A stretch of DNA of 61,312 bases, the filler included, from Trypethelium eluteriae (Eukaryota), in the NCBI GenBank assembly GCA_051942245.1. It is 2 parts of 2 records of this genome, joined end to end, with 100 filler letters (N's around TTAATTAATTAA, not from the genome) between each part and the next. Parts side by side here need not be neighbours in the genome. Positions count along the whole stretch, not along the records: positions 1 to 30,699 come from JAVECL010000284.1; 1 more part is not named here. One strand, given 5' to 3'. How positions within the stretch are numbered: position 1 is the stretch's first letter; each line of letters opens with the position of its first letter. Under the pieces are notes generated by a model. That model worked only from the letters and a program-made list of their open reading frames with translations. It searched no databases and was not told the DNA's origin. Shown in pieces: positions 1 to 12,423 of this stretch. Position numbers and translations under genes: made by a program.

Positions 1-23
1 GGGTCGGAGTTTGCGGTTGACAT
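1..23 (-). CDS. Possible start of a gene running off the left edge (MSTANSD...)
   Basis: Minus-strand ATG in strong fungal context (caaaacaATGtc) after a pyrimidine-rich leader. Only 7 codons visible. Confidence 0.35.
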
Positions 24-848
24 TGTTTTGGCTGTTGGGGGGAATGGGAGAAGATGTGAGCGCGTGAGGGGGAGAAGCGTTCGCTCGATTATAGTAATGT
101 TTTGATCGACTTGAGGGACTGTCGATAGGATTATCGTTTAATTGGGGATTTGAAAATCGATCTATTGTTATGCTTCTTGGCTGAATTGTTGTGAATCTGC
201 ATAATATTTGTCGGATAGAAATCTATGAGGTCAGGGACTAAGATGCGGGACTGGCTGCCCTGCTCAGACGTAAAAAAAAAAGATTCCTGGTCTTCTCATA
301 CTTCGTCATTTGCTTCCTACGCCGAGGCTTTCAAAATGATTTTCCTGCATGCTTGGTGGGTAGGGTAGCTACTTAAATCTTTAGCATTTCGCTGAGGGTT
401 GTCTCAATGGGATATGTGAGGCCCTTACTTGAGAAGCATGTATTGGTCTTCGTTGGAAGCATTGTAGCTCATCTAAGTCCAGAATGGCCAGAATGTCTGC
501 TAGATTAAAATTCACTACTACTAGAACGCGGTGAAATATTGATGGATTGCCCTTCAAACTTTATGTACATGGCCTGCATTTCTGCCGTCTTTTAGATAGC
601 TCTGGATCATTGGCCCTGGTGAAGTATCTCCAAGATTCGCCGGCACCATCCGAACTTTTCGTTAGAAGACAGTAGGTCTTGGTTTAGGGATATTGATTTA
701 TATGATAGCATTGTCATATGAGCAGTTCCCTCCAGCTGGATGCTGCAGCTGGCCTGCAATTCCGGAGCAACTCTGGGTCCATTCCACACGCACCAACTAA
801 GACAATCGACTGCTAGTCAAGACCTTTTCTTTTTATAAAATTGCCCGA

Positions 849-1436
849 TCATAGCAGAATCCCAAAGACAGTTGCAGCCCCGACCATCATGGTCAAGCTC
901 CATCCGCCGGACCTCAAGCTTCCTACTCCACTATCCTTCTCCGCTGTCGTAGTTCGCAGGGCGCCGACTTGTCCCGTGATAGTCCCCAGTCCTACCTCTC
1001 CACTAGCAGCACTAGGAGCTTGGCTGGGAACGGAGGCAAAGGTTTGGGTGTAGACGACTTGGACGTATGGGGTAGAACCAGGTGCCACTTCGCTAGGAAT
1101 CCACTCGGTGGTGACGGGGTTTGGTTGTGTAGCAATCGTAGCCGCAGCGGCGGGAGCTGCTCCGGGAGTGACAGCCTGGCGAAGTCTAGATAAAGGGGTT
1201 GGTTAGTCTTAATGCTTCGGACGCAACGATGGAAGAAGTGGGTCGGTTAACGGCTGGACGTACTCAAGACTGTGCTCCTCGGCTATTGAGGTAGGTAAAG
1301 GAGCTACTTCTGAGCTGCTGATTGAATCGATTGTCTCTTGGGTACTTGACGCATCCCCGACGTGTCGGCAGGGAGATATAGCAGAGGCAGCCGCGAGCGC
1401 AGGGAGTATAAGGACTATTGTTTTTGAGAGACGCAT
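849..1436 (-). CDS. KRE1-like GPI-anchored cell wall protein, 2 exons (intron ~1187-1263)
   Basis: Signal peptide MRLSKTIVLILPALAAA. A GTACGT...CTAAC...TAG intron joins the two ORFs. C-terminal VYTQTFASVPSQAPSAASGEVGLGTITGQVG resembles the KRE1 motif; hydrophobic GPI tail. Confidence 0.75.
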
Positions 1437-3012
1437 TGCGGCTTGCGATTGACAAGATGGGAATCTCTTTAAAAATTATGTTGTAAAGGGCACGAACGAG
1501 CCCTCAACTGATGTGCTGGACGTCGCTAGGTGATTGAATGCAACGCAGATTGACGATTGCGGTCAAAGGAAGGCAATTCTGCACGAAAGCCAAAGCGAAT
1601 ACTTGCGTCCTAATCGGCAATGCTATCCTAAAAAGCACTACTTTGACTATGGTTCGGCGCAAGGAAGGACCAGTTCTCGAGTGTGATTGAATTGGGTCGA
1701 CGGGTCCCTGTTAAAGCCAAAGCTTCTGCAAAGAAGTGGTTGGATAGAGGAAGATCGAAAGCGACAGACTAAGGTAGGCAAAACAGCAGGAAGAACGAGT
1801 GGACGGATTGCAGCAATCCAAGCAGTGCGGTAGGATGGACGAAGTCCTGCAGGAAAGAATGACGGAGAATGCGAACGGGGGGCGCGAAATCTTGGGAAAG
1901 GAGCACCTACAGATGGCAGATGGTAAAGTGGAGCCGTACCGATGCTGCGATAGTCCATCTGCACGGTGAATGACCTTTCCTCTGCCGTGCACGGCCATGG
2001 GGCCGGCATAGAAAGCTTTCGGACTGGTCAAGAGGTTATGCTGTACATTGGCACTATCGTCTAGCGAGATGAAGCGAAACACCTTTTCGGCGGTGTCTCC
2101 ATCTCCAGATTCCCTGCTAGACCTTCCACCTATCGAGGCACAGCAAGATGGTTGCCCCTGGATGAAGATGGTTGAGAATCTCTAAGAGACCAAAGAGATA
2201 CTACGGAGTAGAATTTCTGGGATCTGGTCGAGTTTCTAGCCCTATGAGGTTAGACTAATGGGTATTATCTTCATTACACCGGTATGATTGGCGGGAGTCT
2301 CGGGTCCTTTCCGAGACGAACCTTCTCCCGCCGAGATTTGTCGGCCTGTCCGTATCTTGTCACCGTTGTGTCATACTGACTCTCGCAAGATCTGAAAATG
2401 GTATCGTGATCATTCTCGATCAGTATGCGGAGTATCTAGAGTACATAGTTGACGCGTCGTGACTAACGCTCACGGACTTCCCGAGTGCGCTTTGCACAAA
2501 GTTTACCGGTGACGAGCCAGCTACTGTAGGTGGTAACCGTGGTATGGCACAGTCAGGGGCGCCACTGAATCAGGCCATTCCAAATGCAGCCATCGAAAAA
2601 TCTCTTGAGATCCGTGCTCAATGCTTGTTCCAACGATCCTTGCCAGCATAAAACGAAAGACAATTCCCTTAGATCACCATCTGCAAATATCAGACTTGTC
2701 TTGTTCACTATTACCTTCGGCTTTATCTTCAAAACTCATACAGTGTCCTCTAAAGGATGCAGCTGCGCCCGGTGATGGTGGGCCTTTGGTTGCGAAGCCT
2801 TGGGCTGGAGACCATGCGACATCAGGGACTGATAGACCTGGCGGGGCTAACTTGGCCAACATAGGTATTTATCTTTACAAGTTTGGAGCTCTCAGCAAAG
2901 GCAAGAAAAAATCGAGGGCATAGAAAAGGACCTACACAAAGAAAATTGATTATAGAGTAGAACAATACCCTATCTCTTCTCGCTATAAGCGGGGAGGGCC
3001 CCAGCGAGTTTC

Positions 3013-3039
3013 TCGAGATTCGAGATTCGAGATTCGAGA
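3013..3039. repeat. Short tandem repeat (TCGAGAT) x ~4
   Basis: tcgagat tcgagat tcgagat tcgaga read directly. Confidence 0.8.
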
Positions 3040-3181
3040 GTCAGTGAACTATGAATTCTGTCGCCTCCTGGTGCGCCATTCCAAGCATACGTACACAGAA
3101 TACCCCAAGCCGAAACACCAATGTGACCGAAAATGCTTCATTTGAAGGAATGAGCCCGAGGAGCTGCAATTTACAGCGGAT

Positions 3182-4466
3182 TCACAGCAACACAATAGTA
3201 GCGAAAACAAGCAACAAAGTACTCAGTAAGGCTGATACCGAGGATTCCACACTTCTCCTCGCTTCTCCCACTAATCCACCGGGATACAGCGTCTGATTGG
3301 TTGTTGAATTGGGTTGTTGGGTGAAGAAAAAGGTGCTTCCCGTATTATTTCCATTGCTCCCTTCGGGGTTTAGTGCAGGTTGCTGGTCAGGGATAACGCA
3401 GATCTGAGATGCTGCTCCGCTGGCACAGGCTTCTGCGTACTGATGATTGCGAGTCACATTTGACGTGTTGAAGTAGGCATTGACATAAGAAACCGTCATA
3501 ACTGCGTCAGACGCTGGTGGCCCACCGGACCACGTCGGATCACCATTACTCCAGTGGTTGAGAAACAAAGAACCGGGACTGTCAGGAACCGAGACGTTCA
3601 TATCAGTAAGCCAGGAGCCATCCGCGTAAAAGGAAACACGGTCTGGAAGCCAGTCGAAACGATACTCGTGAAAAGCATCGTCCGGCGCAAAGGGTAGCGG
3701 CATGACAGTGAAGCCCGGCGTGCCCGCAGCATTGAATCCGGCAGCTTGGGAAGCTGGGGACTGAATGACCAAGTTGACGGAGTTATTGTTCGGCTGGAAT
3801 TCTCGGGACAGATACTCGACGTCTATCTCCTGCGTGTTGTTGAAGTACTATAGTATAGTATGGCATTAGCTTCGGATATCGTGTCAAGAAGTCGTAGGTG
3901 GCACTGACCCAGAAGAATGCTCCACAGGTTCCCGTAATGTTGGACATCTTGATTCCGACTCTAATGCTCCCAAACACTATATCCCGTCTCTGTGTTGTGA
4001 CTTCTCCCATACCTATCACGCCATTTTCAACACCAGCTCTCACCCAGAGCTGTAGGCCGGGATCGCCGCCATTCGCACCAGGACCGGCCCATTCAGATTT
4101 ATTCAGGATCGGATTAGCGACAACATTGGCCAATGATGCACTCTTCCCGAATGGACCGCGCGCAACCGCAGCAGAATCGTTATATGCTTGGGGGATCCAT
4201 CCGCCATTACTCGTAAGATTCTTCAGGTGAAGAAAGTCAGTCTCGAAAAGCTCGGTGAATATCGCGTTAGGCGGTGCCGATGTGCTATTCACAGCGTAGC
4301 CGCAGGCACAGTCTGCATCAACTGCGTTAAATGTCAGCAATGGCAAACGCGTGATGCTGGAATGGAGAGGGACAAATCCCTAGGGTCCCGCGATCCACTC
4401 ACCAAGGCGCGCAAGGAAAATCGGCACAAGGACTCGTGTGAAGAGAGTTGACCATTGCGAACGCAT
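3182..4466 (-). CDS. Secreted, GPI-anchored glycoside hydrolase family 16 (ConA-like glucanase), 3 exons
   Basis: Spliced N-terminus MRSQWSTLFTRVLVPIFLARLVDADCACGY. Catalytic ExDxE motif QEIDVEYLS; FHEYRFDW and LNHWSNG motifs; hydrophobic C-tail. Confidence 0.88.
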
Positions 4467-5242
4467 AGTGGAACCGACGTGAAAGTTCTCCTGAAAGAAG
4501 TTATGGCATGCCCTTACGTTGAACTAGCACTATTAGCAACTGTTAGAGATTATGGTAGTTGAAGAGCGCACTCGGATGAAGTTCTACGCGTCCAAGATTC
4601 AACTGACGTGACTGCGCCACTCATGGTGTGGTTCAGAATTCCAACCTGTAACCAAATGTGAGATCGACGTAGGCGCATCTCTATCTACTTCAACGCTATC
4701 AGCGAAGTGATAAACAATAAAAGGGTCACCAACTTGCGCGCTTCCAACACACAATTGCCCTGCATCGACGAAGTATGCGATACCTGAGGAAGGTGTACGT
4801 GGTGCTCGCTCACATGGAAAGTGGCGGTTTTGTGTTGCATCGGTTGCCCACAGCTCCAACGATCCGAAGTGAGTGAGTACGGGCAAACAACAATAATTGC
4901 AATTACCAAGAAGGATCAAGATTATCGCAAGTTTCATTATCTCATGAGATCGCGCTAAGATGGGATGACAGGTTAGATCCTCAGCACCTAGCACAAAGAG
5001 AAATAGGCTTGCAAAAGTTGGTAACATAAATGACTGCGCCAGACGCTGAACTTGAAGCTCGCCCTGTCATAATGCCTACCAGGTCCTTCACCAAAATCGC
5101 CGAAAGATTCTCACTAGGCAAGATGTCCATACAAATGCAACTCACTAAAAAAAACCCCGTGCTCTTATGGAAATGGCCTCCAGACGCCAAAAGTTACAAG
5201 AGGGGGTTTAGTAACAGGCGCTCAAAGTTTCGTGGGTATCGT

Positions 5243-8200
5243 TCAAAGGAAGCCGGATTCAGACAATAGTCTTGCCATCATCAGCATTGCTAAGTTGATC
5301 GTTAACTGTTTTTCTCCATGAAACTTACCGAGCAATCTTCTCATCTTCTCGCTCTCTCGGTTCAACGGCAAGACTCCTCTCATACATCTCATGCACGTCG
5401 CCTGCGGATTGCATGTTTGTGATGATGTAATCTTGCAGTTCCGGTAGTGGTGCCAATTGATACGGCACATTCTGATAGTCTTGGATTTCGCGAATCACTT
5501 CAGCAGTCTTTGCTCGTTTGGCGAAATTAATGAGGTTTGTCTTTTTAATGACGGATGGAATGCCATCCTCAATAAACGTCAGATCCGTGAGGTAAACACC
5601 TATGCACGAATCAGTAACATCCTTAACGATATAGATGGAGAAGCTTACCAAAAAAGGGTATGCACGGTGTGCCGGCCTTGTGTAAGGTCTCTCGATAGTC
5701 TGCAAAGTTCTTTGTGCTTGCCATGAGTTTCCGTAGACTCTCAAGGACAGTGCTTGTCTTTTGATTGACTTGATTCCAGGTCCTATTTAGACGATGGATC
5801 GGCGCTGTCCCCAGAGCAGAGATGATAGAGGTGAGCGTGGAGAAGTTGTTCAACGTCCGACATTTCTGTCCTTGTTAGGTTGATGGAAAAGAACGCATGA
5901 AAGTAAAGAGCTTACGTCGGCAACCGCAACAAAATGTTTGATTACCACCACCCGTCGTTTGACGTCTGACTGGGTCAAAATCATTTGAGCCACCCAATTT
6001 GTTAGTTGATTCGACTGTAGAATCAAAGCTTTGAGGTTCACTGCTGGGTCAGGTTCGTCCTTTGCGAGTTTCTTCTGCCAAGTCTTGTTCAAACATTCTG
6101 TCGGTTTGATCTTGCCGTAAAGATTCGATTCAATGATCGTCAGTTGGCGGGCAAATTCGACAGGGTCGATATCGAGGAACTTCATCTTCTTCCTGTTCTT
6201 AGGCAAGATCGGCTGTGGTGCCTGTGCCGGATTGACCGTTGGTACCATTCGTTTATGTGGTACATCCTGTCCACGCAGCCGCTGTTCGATAGTTGCGAGT
6301 AGCGGACTTGCCCCCGGTGTACTGGTCCCCGCGACGATGTCTTTTGCAAAAGCTTGCACGCGCAGCATAAGCTCCTGACTGGTTTCGTCGTTACCTTCCA
6401 TCCAGTAGCTGTCAAACCAACTCTTCAGGATATTGACAACACGAAATCGTATAGGCTTTTGTTTCTTGTCCACCCAGGTACGATAATCATCATTGGCAAT
6501 ACCAGGTGGAGGTTGAATACTCCATCTCTTTACAAGCATCTCGAAAAACTCCGAAGCTGTTGTGAATGAACGATATGTGAGCAGAAAAGTATTGTTAAAT
6601 GAGGGATCCAGACGATCATGCCTAGTGAGTTGCTCCACCAAACCAGTCAATGTTCCGCCACGGAGCTGGGGAGGGTTGGTCTTCATGTCGTATGCGATCT
6701 CGCCTTCGTGCTCTAATTTCAGATAGGATGGCTGCTCTTCTACTTCTCGAACTGGCATAATTGGACCGGGGACCTCCCCGAAGAACCTCTCAACCTTGGA
6801 GACATCACCATTTCGGTAATTCTCGGGCGGCTCTACACCTTCTGAGAAGGACTGAGATTGACCGATCTCCGACAAAAGCGGACGTTGGATCTTGGCCATG
6901 TTTTTCGCGTGTGCATCATATGTTGCGCCGCCGTCAGTATTCCGATTCTCATCCCTCGTAATAGTGGTACTTTGGCGCTGTGGAATCATATCAGACAGTT
7001 TTTTGGCAGTTGAAACAAGCTGCCCAGTGACGGTATCCAGATCTTTACCAACAGCCCTAACAGTATTCATTCGATCTTCCAGAGATTCGCCGCGTATCTC
7101 AGCCCATTCATCGCTCAACGGACTTGCAACAGCCTGACAGGCTATGACGAGTTCAGATATGAGATCGTAGATCTTTTGTTTCTGAAAATTGAAATCAATC
7201 ACAGTGGTCTGCTGCTGACACGATCGCAGAGATGCAAGATTCATAGATTCGACAGTTGAGATCCAAGGACGGTAGAATTCAAGAACTTTTCCGCCAGCTT
7301 TACAGATGTTGTCCGACAAGATCTGATGGCGGTGAGCATTGACAATCTTATCTCGGAGCACCAACTGTTCATCGAGCCGCCGTATGCTTGATGAGATCAT
7401 CCTTCTCAACTCTTCCAGTCTATCGAGAAGCCTGGAGTCAAGGTCTGAAGTGGGCTCGCTGGATCCATCGTATTCGTCTTGTTCAATGAAAGATGAAGTC
7501 ATGGACTCACTCGAGGAGAGGCCATTGCTCTGCCAGCTTCCACCGGTATAACTGCCAGCGACAAATCCAGGTGTGAGTCGAGGAATCTCCTCGCCGCGTT
7601 GCTGCCTTGCAACTTCGACATAGCCGTAGACGCCATTCAGAACACCATCAGCCTCCTGAAGGCATTTCGAGTACGAATCGGGCGCGGGCCAGTCTGCTGA
7701 GGCGATGTGGGAAGAAAGAACAAGTTTCGAAAATCGTGACATCATTTCTCGAAAATGAGGGTAAAGGGCCTTATTGGTCGATATAATTGAGGGGTTACCG
7801 GAATGATTATCTGTTGTGCCAGAGCCGGCAGCAAGGAGCAAACGCAGATGATCTGAAATGTCTTCAGCCCTTCTGACGAATTCAGAGCGATCGCCATTAT
7901 TGATTGCCTGGCGATAGCGCTCCACAGATCGCCTCATATCCTCCACCATACGATTCCAGGTCAAGGGCACGGTATGGATTTCGTCGTAGAACTTCCGGGG
8001 AATGTACGCATTTACTGGAGTTCCAAGCGACCCAGTTGTAAAAGATGTCATGGTTGTCCCGTTCAGAGGCATTGACTGTTGTGCTACAGAGAAGCTTGTT
8101 TCATTCAATTCGGCTCTCGACCTTGTTAATGGAGAAGCAGCGCTCATCGAGTCCATCGAGGTGGCAGGAGAGACTCCATCAGAGAGGTATGAGCGGCGTT

Positions 8201-8889
8201 TATAACCCTACAGAAAGTTCAATCAACATTGCGCTCGCAAAAATAGATGTGATACTTACCTTCGAGAAAGGTTTACCTTCCGCCTCGGAAGCCGACATAT
8301 CGTAATCCGTCTCTTCATCGCGTTCATAACCCCCAGCCATCCGTTCTAGCGGTGGCCTGGTATGTTCTGGAATTTGGACATTGGTGCGATCTCGTGGTCC
8401 AGTCTCATTCAGCGACGTCGGGTTCTCGAGTGGGAGTTCCATCGTGCTGACACCAGTAAGTGTATTGAAGTAAAATAATCGACCATCCGGAGTGGCCTGA
8501 GGTATCCAATAAGCCGCCTCTTCCTGATCATTCCCACTTGTACCTTCAAGAGACGTAAAGCTTGTATCTCTTGAGATTCCATTTAGTCCTGTATCAGTGT
8601 AGTCTTGGTCGGTGTATTCGTCCTGTTCTTCCCCGTTTATATCTTGACCGGCCTGCTCCTCGACGCCATTTTCTGTTGGACCAGAGATAACTTGGCAGTA
8701 ATTACTTGGAAACCAGCCTCGAATACCACGGATGACCCCATCCCACCATCCCGATTCAAGTTGAGTTATGACCTGGATGACATCGCCTCGCTGAAAGCTC
8801 AGGCTGGTGTGATCATCGGTTTCGTAATCATACAAAGCGCGTACAAACAATGCACCGGGAGGGGAAACAGTACCCGAATATCCATTCAT
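5243..8889 (-). CDS. CDC25: Ras guanine nucleotide exchange factor (SH3, WW-like, REM and RasGEF domains), 5 exons
   Basis: SH3 VRALYDY...GWWDG...GWFPSNY; WW-like YWIPQATPDGRLFYFNTLTG; REM FLLTYRSF; RasGEF ARQLT, PCIPFFGVYLTDLTFIEDG, INFAKR. GT-AG introns near 8207-8259, 5866-5914, 5604-5648 and 5271-5328. Confidence 0.93.
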
Positions 8890-11800
8890 GACGGATCTTT
8901 GCAAGGATGGGGCTCGAGGAGGAAGAGGTGATCGAAAGTCGATGTAGAGTAGTATGAAAGCCCTTGCAGACTCCTCCCGCGACGCAGACCGTCTGGGAAG
9001 CAAAGTCATCCAGTGAAGCTAGGGAGGTCCACGAACATACGCGATGATAGCTGCGAAGAGTTGTCCAGCATGGATGCTCAATTGGAAGGTCGAAATTTGT
9101 TGCATATGATTGCCGCTGTCGAAAGGTCTGCCTAGGCAGGCAGGTAAGTATAATCCATGTGGATCCCGCCTTGTCTTTTCACGTGACCTGATGCGGTCGA
9201 TCCAGGTGTTGGAGTCCCCCACCTAACATAGAAGCGCAATCGATGGGTGTCCGCCTATCATGGGATGCTCAGCTCACGGGAAGGCTCAGCTGATTGCTTG
9301 CCCCGCAGAATAGCCCTCAATTCTGGAATGCGTTTTTCTCTCTGCCCTGATCTCACTCTGGCGGTCGCAATCTATGAGGATCTAGAATGGCGGATGCAGT
9401 GTGAATTTGGCCACCCTTTTGCCCTCCCAATCACCTTCGCGGACCCGCAAATTCTCTATGATCCTTGTCGATCCTCAGACCGAACGATCTCGGAAGCACG
9501 CGAAAAGCACAACGCATGATTCCAGCAATCAATCGTGCATGAGGCGAGGACGTGGAGAGCTTGCGAGAGCCGAACACCATACTGTAGGCCAGCATCATTC
9601 TCACCATTCTGATACCTGGAAGAGTTCCATCAGTTCCGTACCGACCTTTCGGCTTTAGACAAACAGCGTCGGAGATCATGTGGACGATCTCATCACCAGG
9701 GGCAATGCCATTTGGCGGGGAGCAATACAGGGTGACAACAATACCCCACTGACCCCTCGTAGTTATTTTGAAGCGTCCTGGCATGCCAGGTAGCTCTCCC
9801 TCGATCTTGCATGCAACACTCAACGTAGATCAACGTTGGCGAGGCTTCTGTAACTCGTTATGCGAGGTTTGCACTACATCCTACTGTCACTAATCGTTCT
9901 AGTATCAACTATGCTGCTCTTTATCACAGTTATCATGTGCCACAAATATCATGAAATAATAATCGTGCGCATAGCCTGTCTCGGAGCCGTGCACTTGATG
10001 TGATACTGATCCAATAGATACTTCCTCCACAACATAGCAGGTCTTTCCGAAATTTGATGACGATTCATGCTGGGATCAGAAATGTCTCTATGACCTTCGG
10101 GAGAAGGGTTCGAAGTCGAGGGAATGGTTTTAGGTGGAGCGGAGCAAGTCGATACAGGGAAAGCTCAATGTTCGGGGACTTCCAAAAGTAGTAGGAAATC
10201 CACTGGCTGAGACCAAGACCGGAATACACCATATTCTGACCCCTTAAGAGCCGAGAGGCCATGTGGCCAACGTTGCGATCGAGTCATGCTAGTGTATGCA
10301 TCTAACGCTTCGCGTGGAAGTGGAATGTTCTTCAAGCTATGGCGGTAGCTTCAAACGAGCAAAGACGCTGACAAGCATTACACTACCGACAGCAAGGTTC
10401 GCGACCCGAAATCCAAATCGCTGGAAGGTGCTATCAAGGAATCTGGTGGTGTATTGGAAAGAGAAACTAAGTTAAACCTGTGGTTAGCCATGTTGATAGC
10501 GTATGGTCGTCTTAACAAGAGGATTGGGAGCAGCTCGGAGTAGCTCAGAAAGAGACCACATAATTCCCTTTCATGTGGCACCGAGACTGCCGAATCATGC
10601 CTGATGTCGATGCCCAAGATGCATTTTTTCTTTTTCGTTGAAGTTTATCAAGTTTAAAGTGGTTCTAACCCTCGCCAAACCATCCAGAATCCGAACAGGA
10701 ACAAACCAAATTTGATACACAACGAATACCAGGCGCTTGGAATATGAATTGAAATTCTGCATCGAAGATGAGTCAATGGATTGATGGAGTCCAACCTTGG
10801 CACGAGCCAAGACCGAAATTAACCCACTGTTTGGCGTGTGATGTGTGCTAAATCAACAGTTGGCTGCTGAGGTAGTAAGACTACCTAGTCATAGATCTCT
10901 CCATGAAACATGAAGACATTCAGGCATGGCGAGCCTGCCGCACCGCAAAGAAGCAACTGAACCGCTATCGTCTTCCAACGAAAAGCTATCTTAGAGAATA
11001 CAGAGCTCAACGGGTTGAAAGGCTAAAATGAGCCATAAGTAACGAGGCCATAATCTCCCAGCCATCTCTGCGGCAAATAGACATCGGCAAGAAGTGGGCA
11101 CCGAGGCACGGGGAAGAGCGATTAGCTCCCGGCTCGACTAGGATCCCTTGCTGGTGAATGTCAGGAACAAGCCGGTCAAGGCGACGATCCGTCCCAGTTG
11201 TTTGTGATTGATCTTCCAGGAGGCGTTGCTGCGTGGCCTTAAAAATTGACGACGATTATTATGTCACTGCTCAACCGACTTTTGACGCATTCTATGACGG
11301 TTTCAGCTCAGATAGGGGCTCATGGTGGCGCTGGAGAACGTGGGAGTTTCTGGAGCACTGAATTCCCCCACCATCAAAACAGGAATCCTGAACGTTTCAA
11401 AGCTTGTAATATACTTTTGCCCCCATCCAGGCACTCTGTACGGTAGAGAGTTGGATAAGTAAGCGCCAACCATTACTGGTGATACTTCTTTTTTGTGTGC
11501 GGCATGGCTGTGCTTGTTGTGTACAGCTTCATGCATGATGATTCTCGTAAGCTATGCAGACTGTCCAGGCTGAAGAACTACTGCTCTGGTGCATGTAGCG
11601 GTGACAGTGGATTATGGTCGTCCCCCGACGATAACAATAAAGGTTGAAAAAGTCAAGTCGGTCAAGACCATGCCATGCCACGTTCCGGCACGCCGCCACT
11701 CCCACACGGATCTGGTCCAAGCCCCGGGAGTGCGCCAAAAAGTTTTCACAAGAGAAAATAACTATTGCCGCTGCGCAACATTGATTTCCACGTCACGCCG

Positions 11801-12423
11801 GCCTTTGCTTTTCCGGCCGTGCGGCGGGCGATGGGCTTGTGTTCCCCAGACAGGATGTAGAACGCAGGAACGGCGCGGTGGAGAGATCGAATGAGTGACG
11901 GCGAGAGGGCCGGATGGGCGACACGAGATGCAGGTAGACGTAAGATGAGATGAGGAAGGGCGGACGCGACAGGGCTGGCGTGGTGAGGCTGGAGCGTGGG
12001 CGTAGTGGCATGCACCGTGGTAATTTTGGGTTTTGTTACGGCGCGGCTTGAAGCGGTTAGATTGCTACTGTCTCCTTTAGGAGGGGCCTCCCCTCTTTTC
12101 CCATTTCCCAGAATCAGGTCTGTATACGGATCACCAAGCCCTCATCCGGCCTCATCCATCCTATCATTCTGCCATCTCGAGCATTCTTGCATGGTACCAG
12201 CGTCCCCGTATCTCTTCTGCTGTCCGTCCCATCCACCCGTACCCGTCTGTCCCGTCGCCTCCGTCGCATCGGTCAATGAGAATATATCGGAATGCAACAC
12301 ACTCGACATCTCGCCAACATCACCGTCGCGATTTAACACCCACGCCCCTCGGCCGGCACGGTGAGAACCGGTGGCCTTCGTCAGCGACGTGAAGGTCTCG
12401 ACTCCTTGTTGCCTGCCTCAGCC

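Noticed and set aside
1647..2923. Several 60-120 aa ORFs between the KRE1-like and GH16 genes
   Set aside because: No motifs and no consistent splice model; likely spurious.
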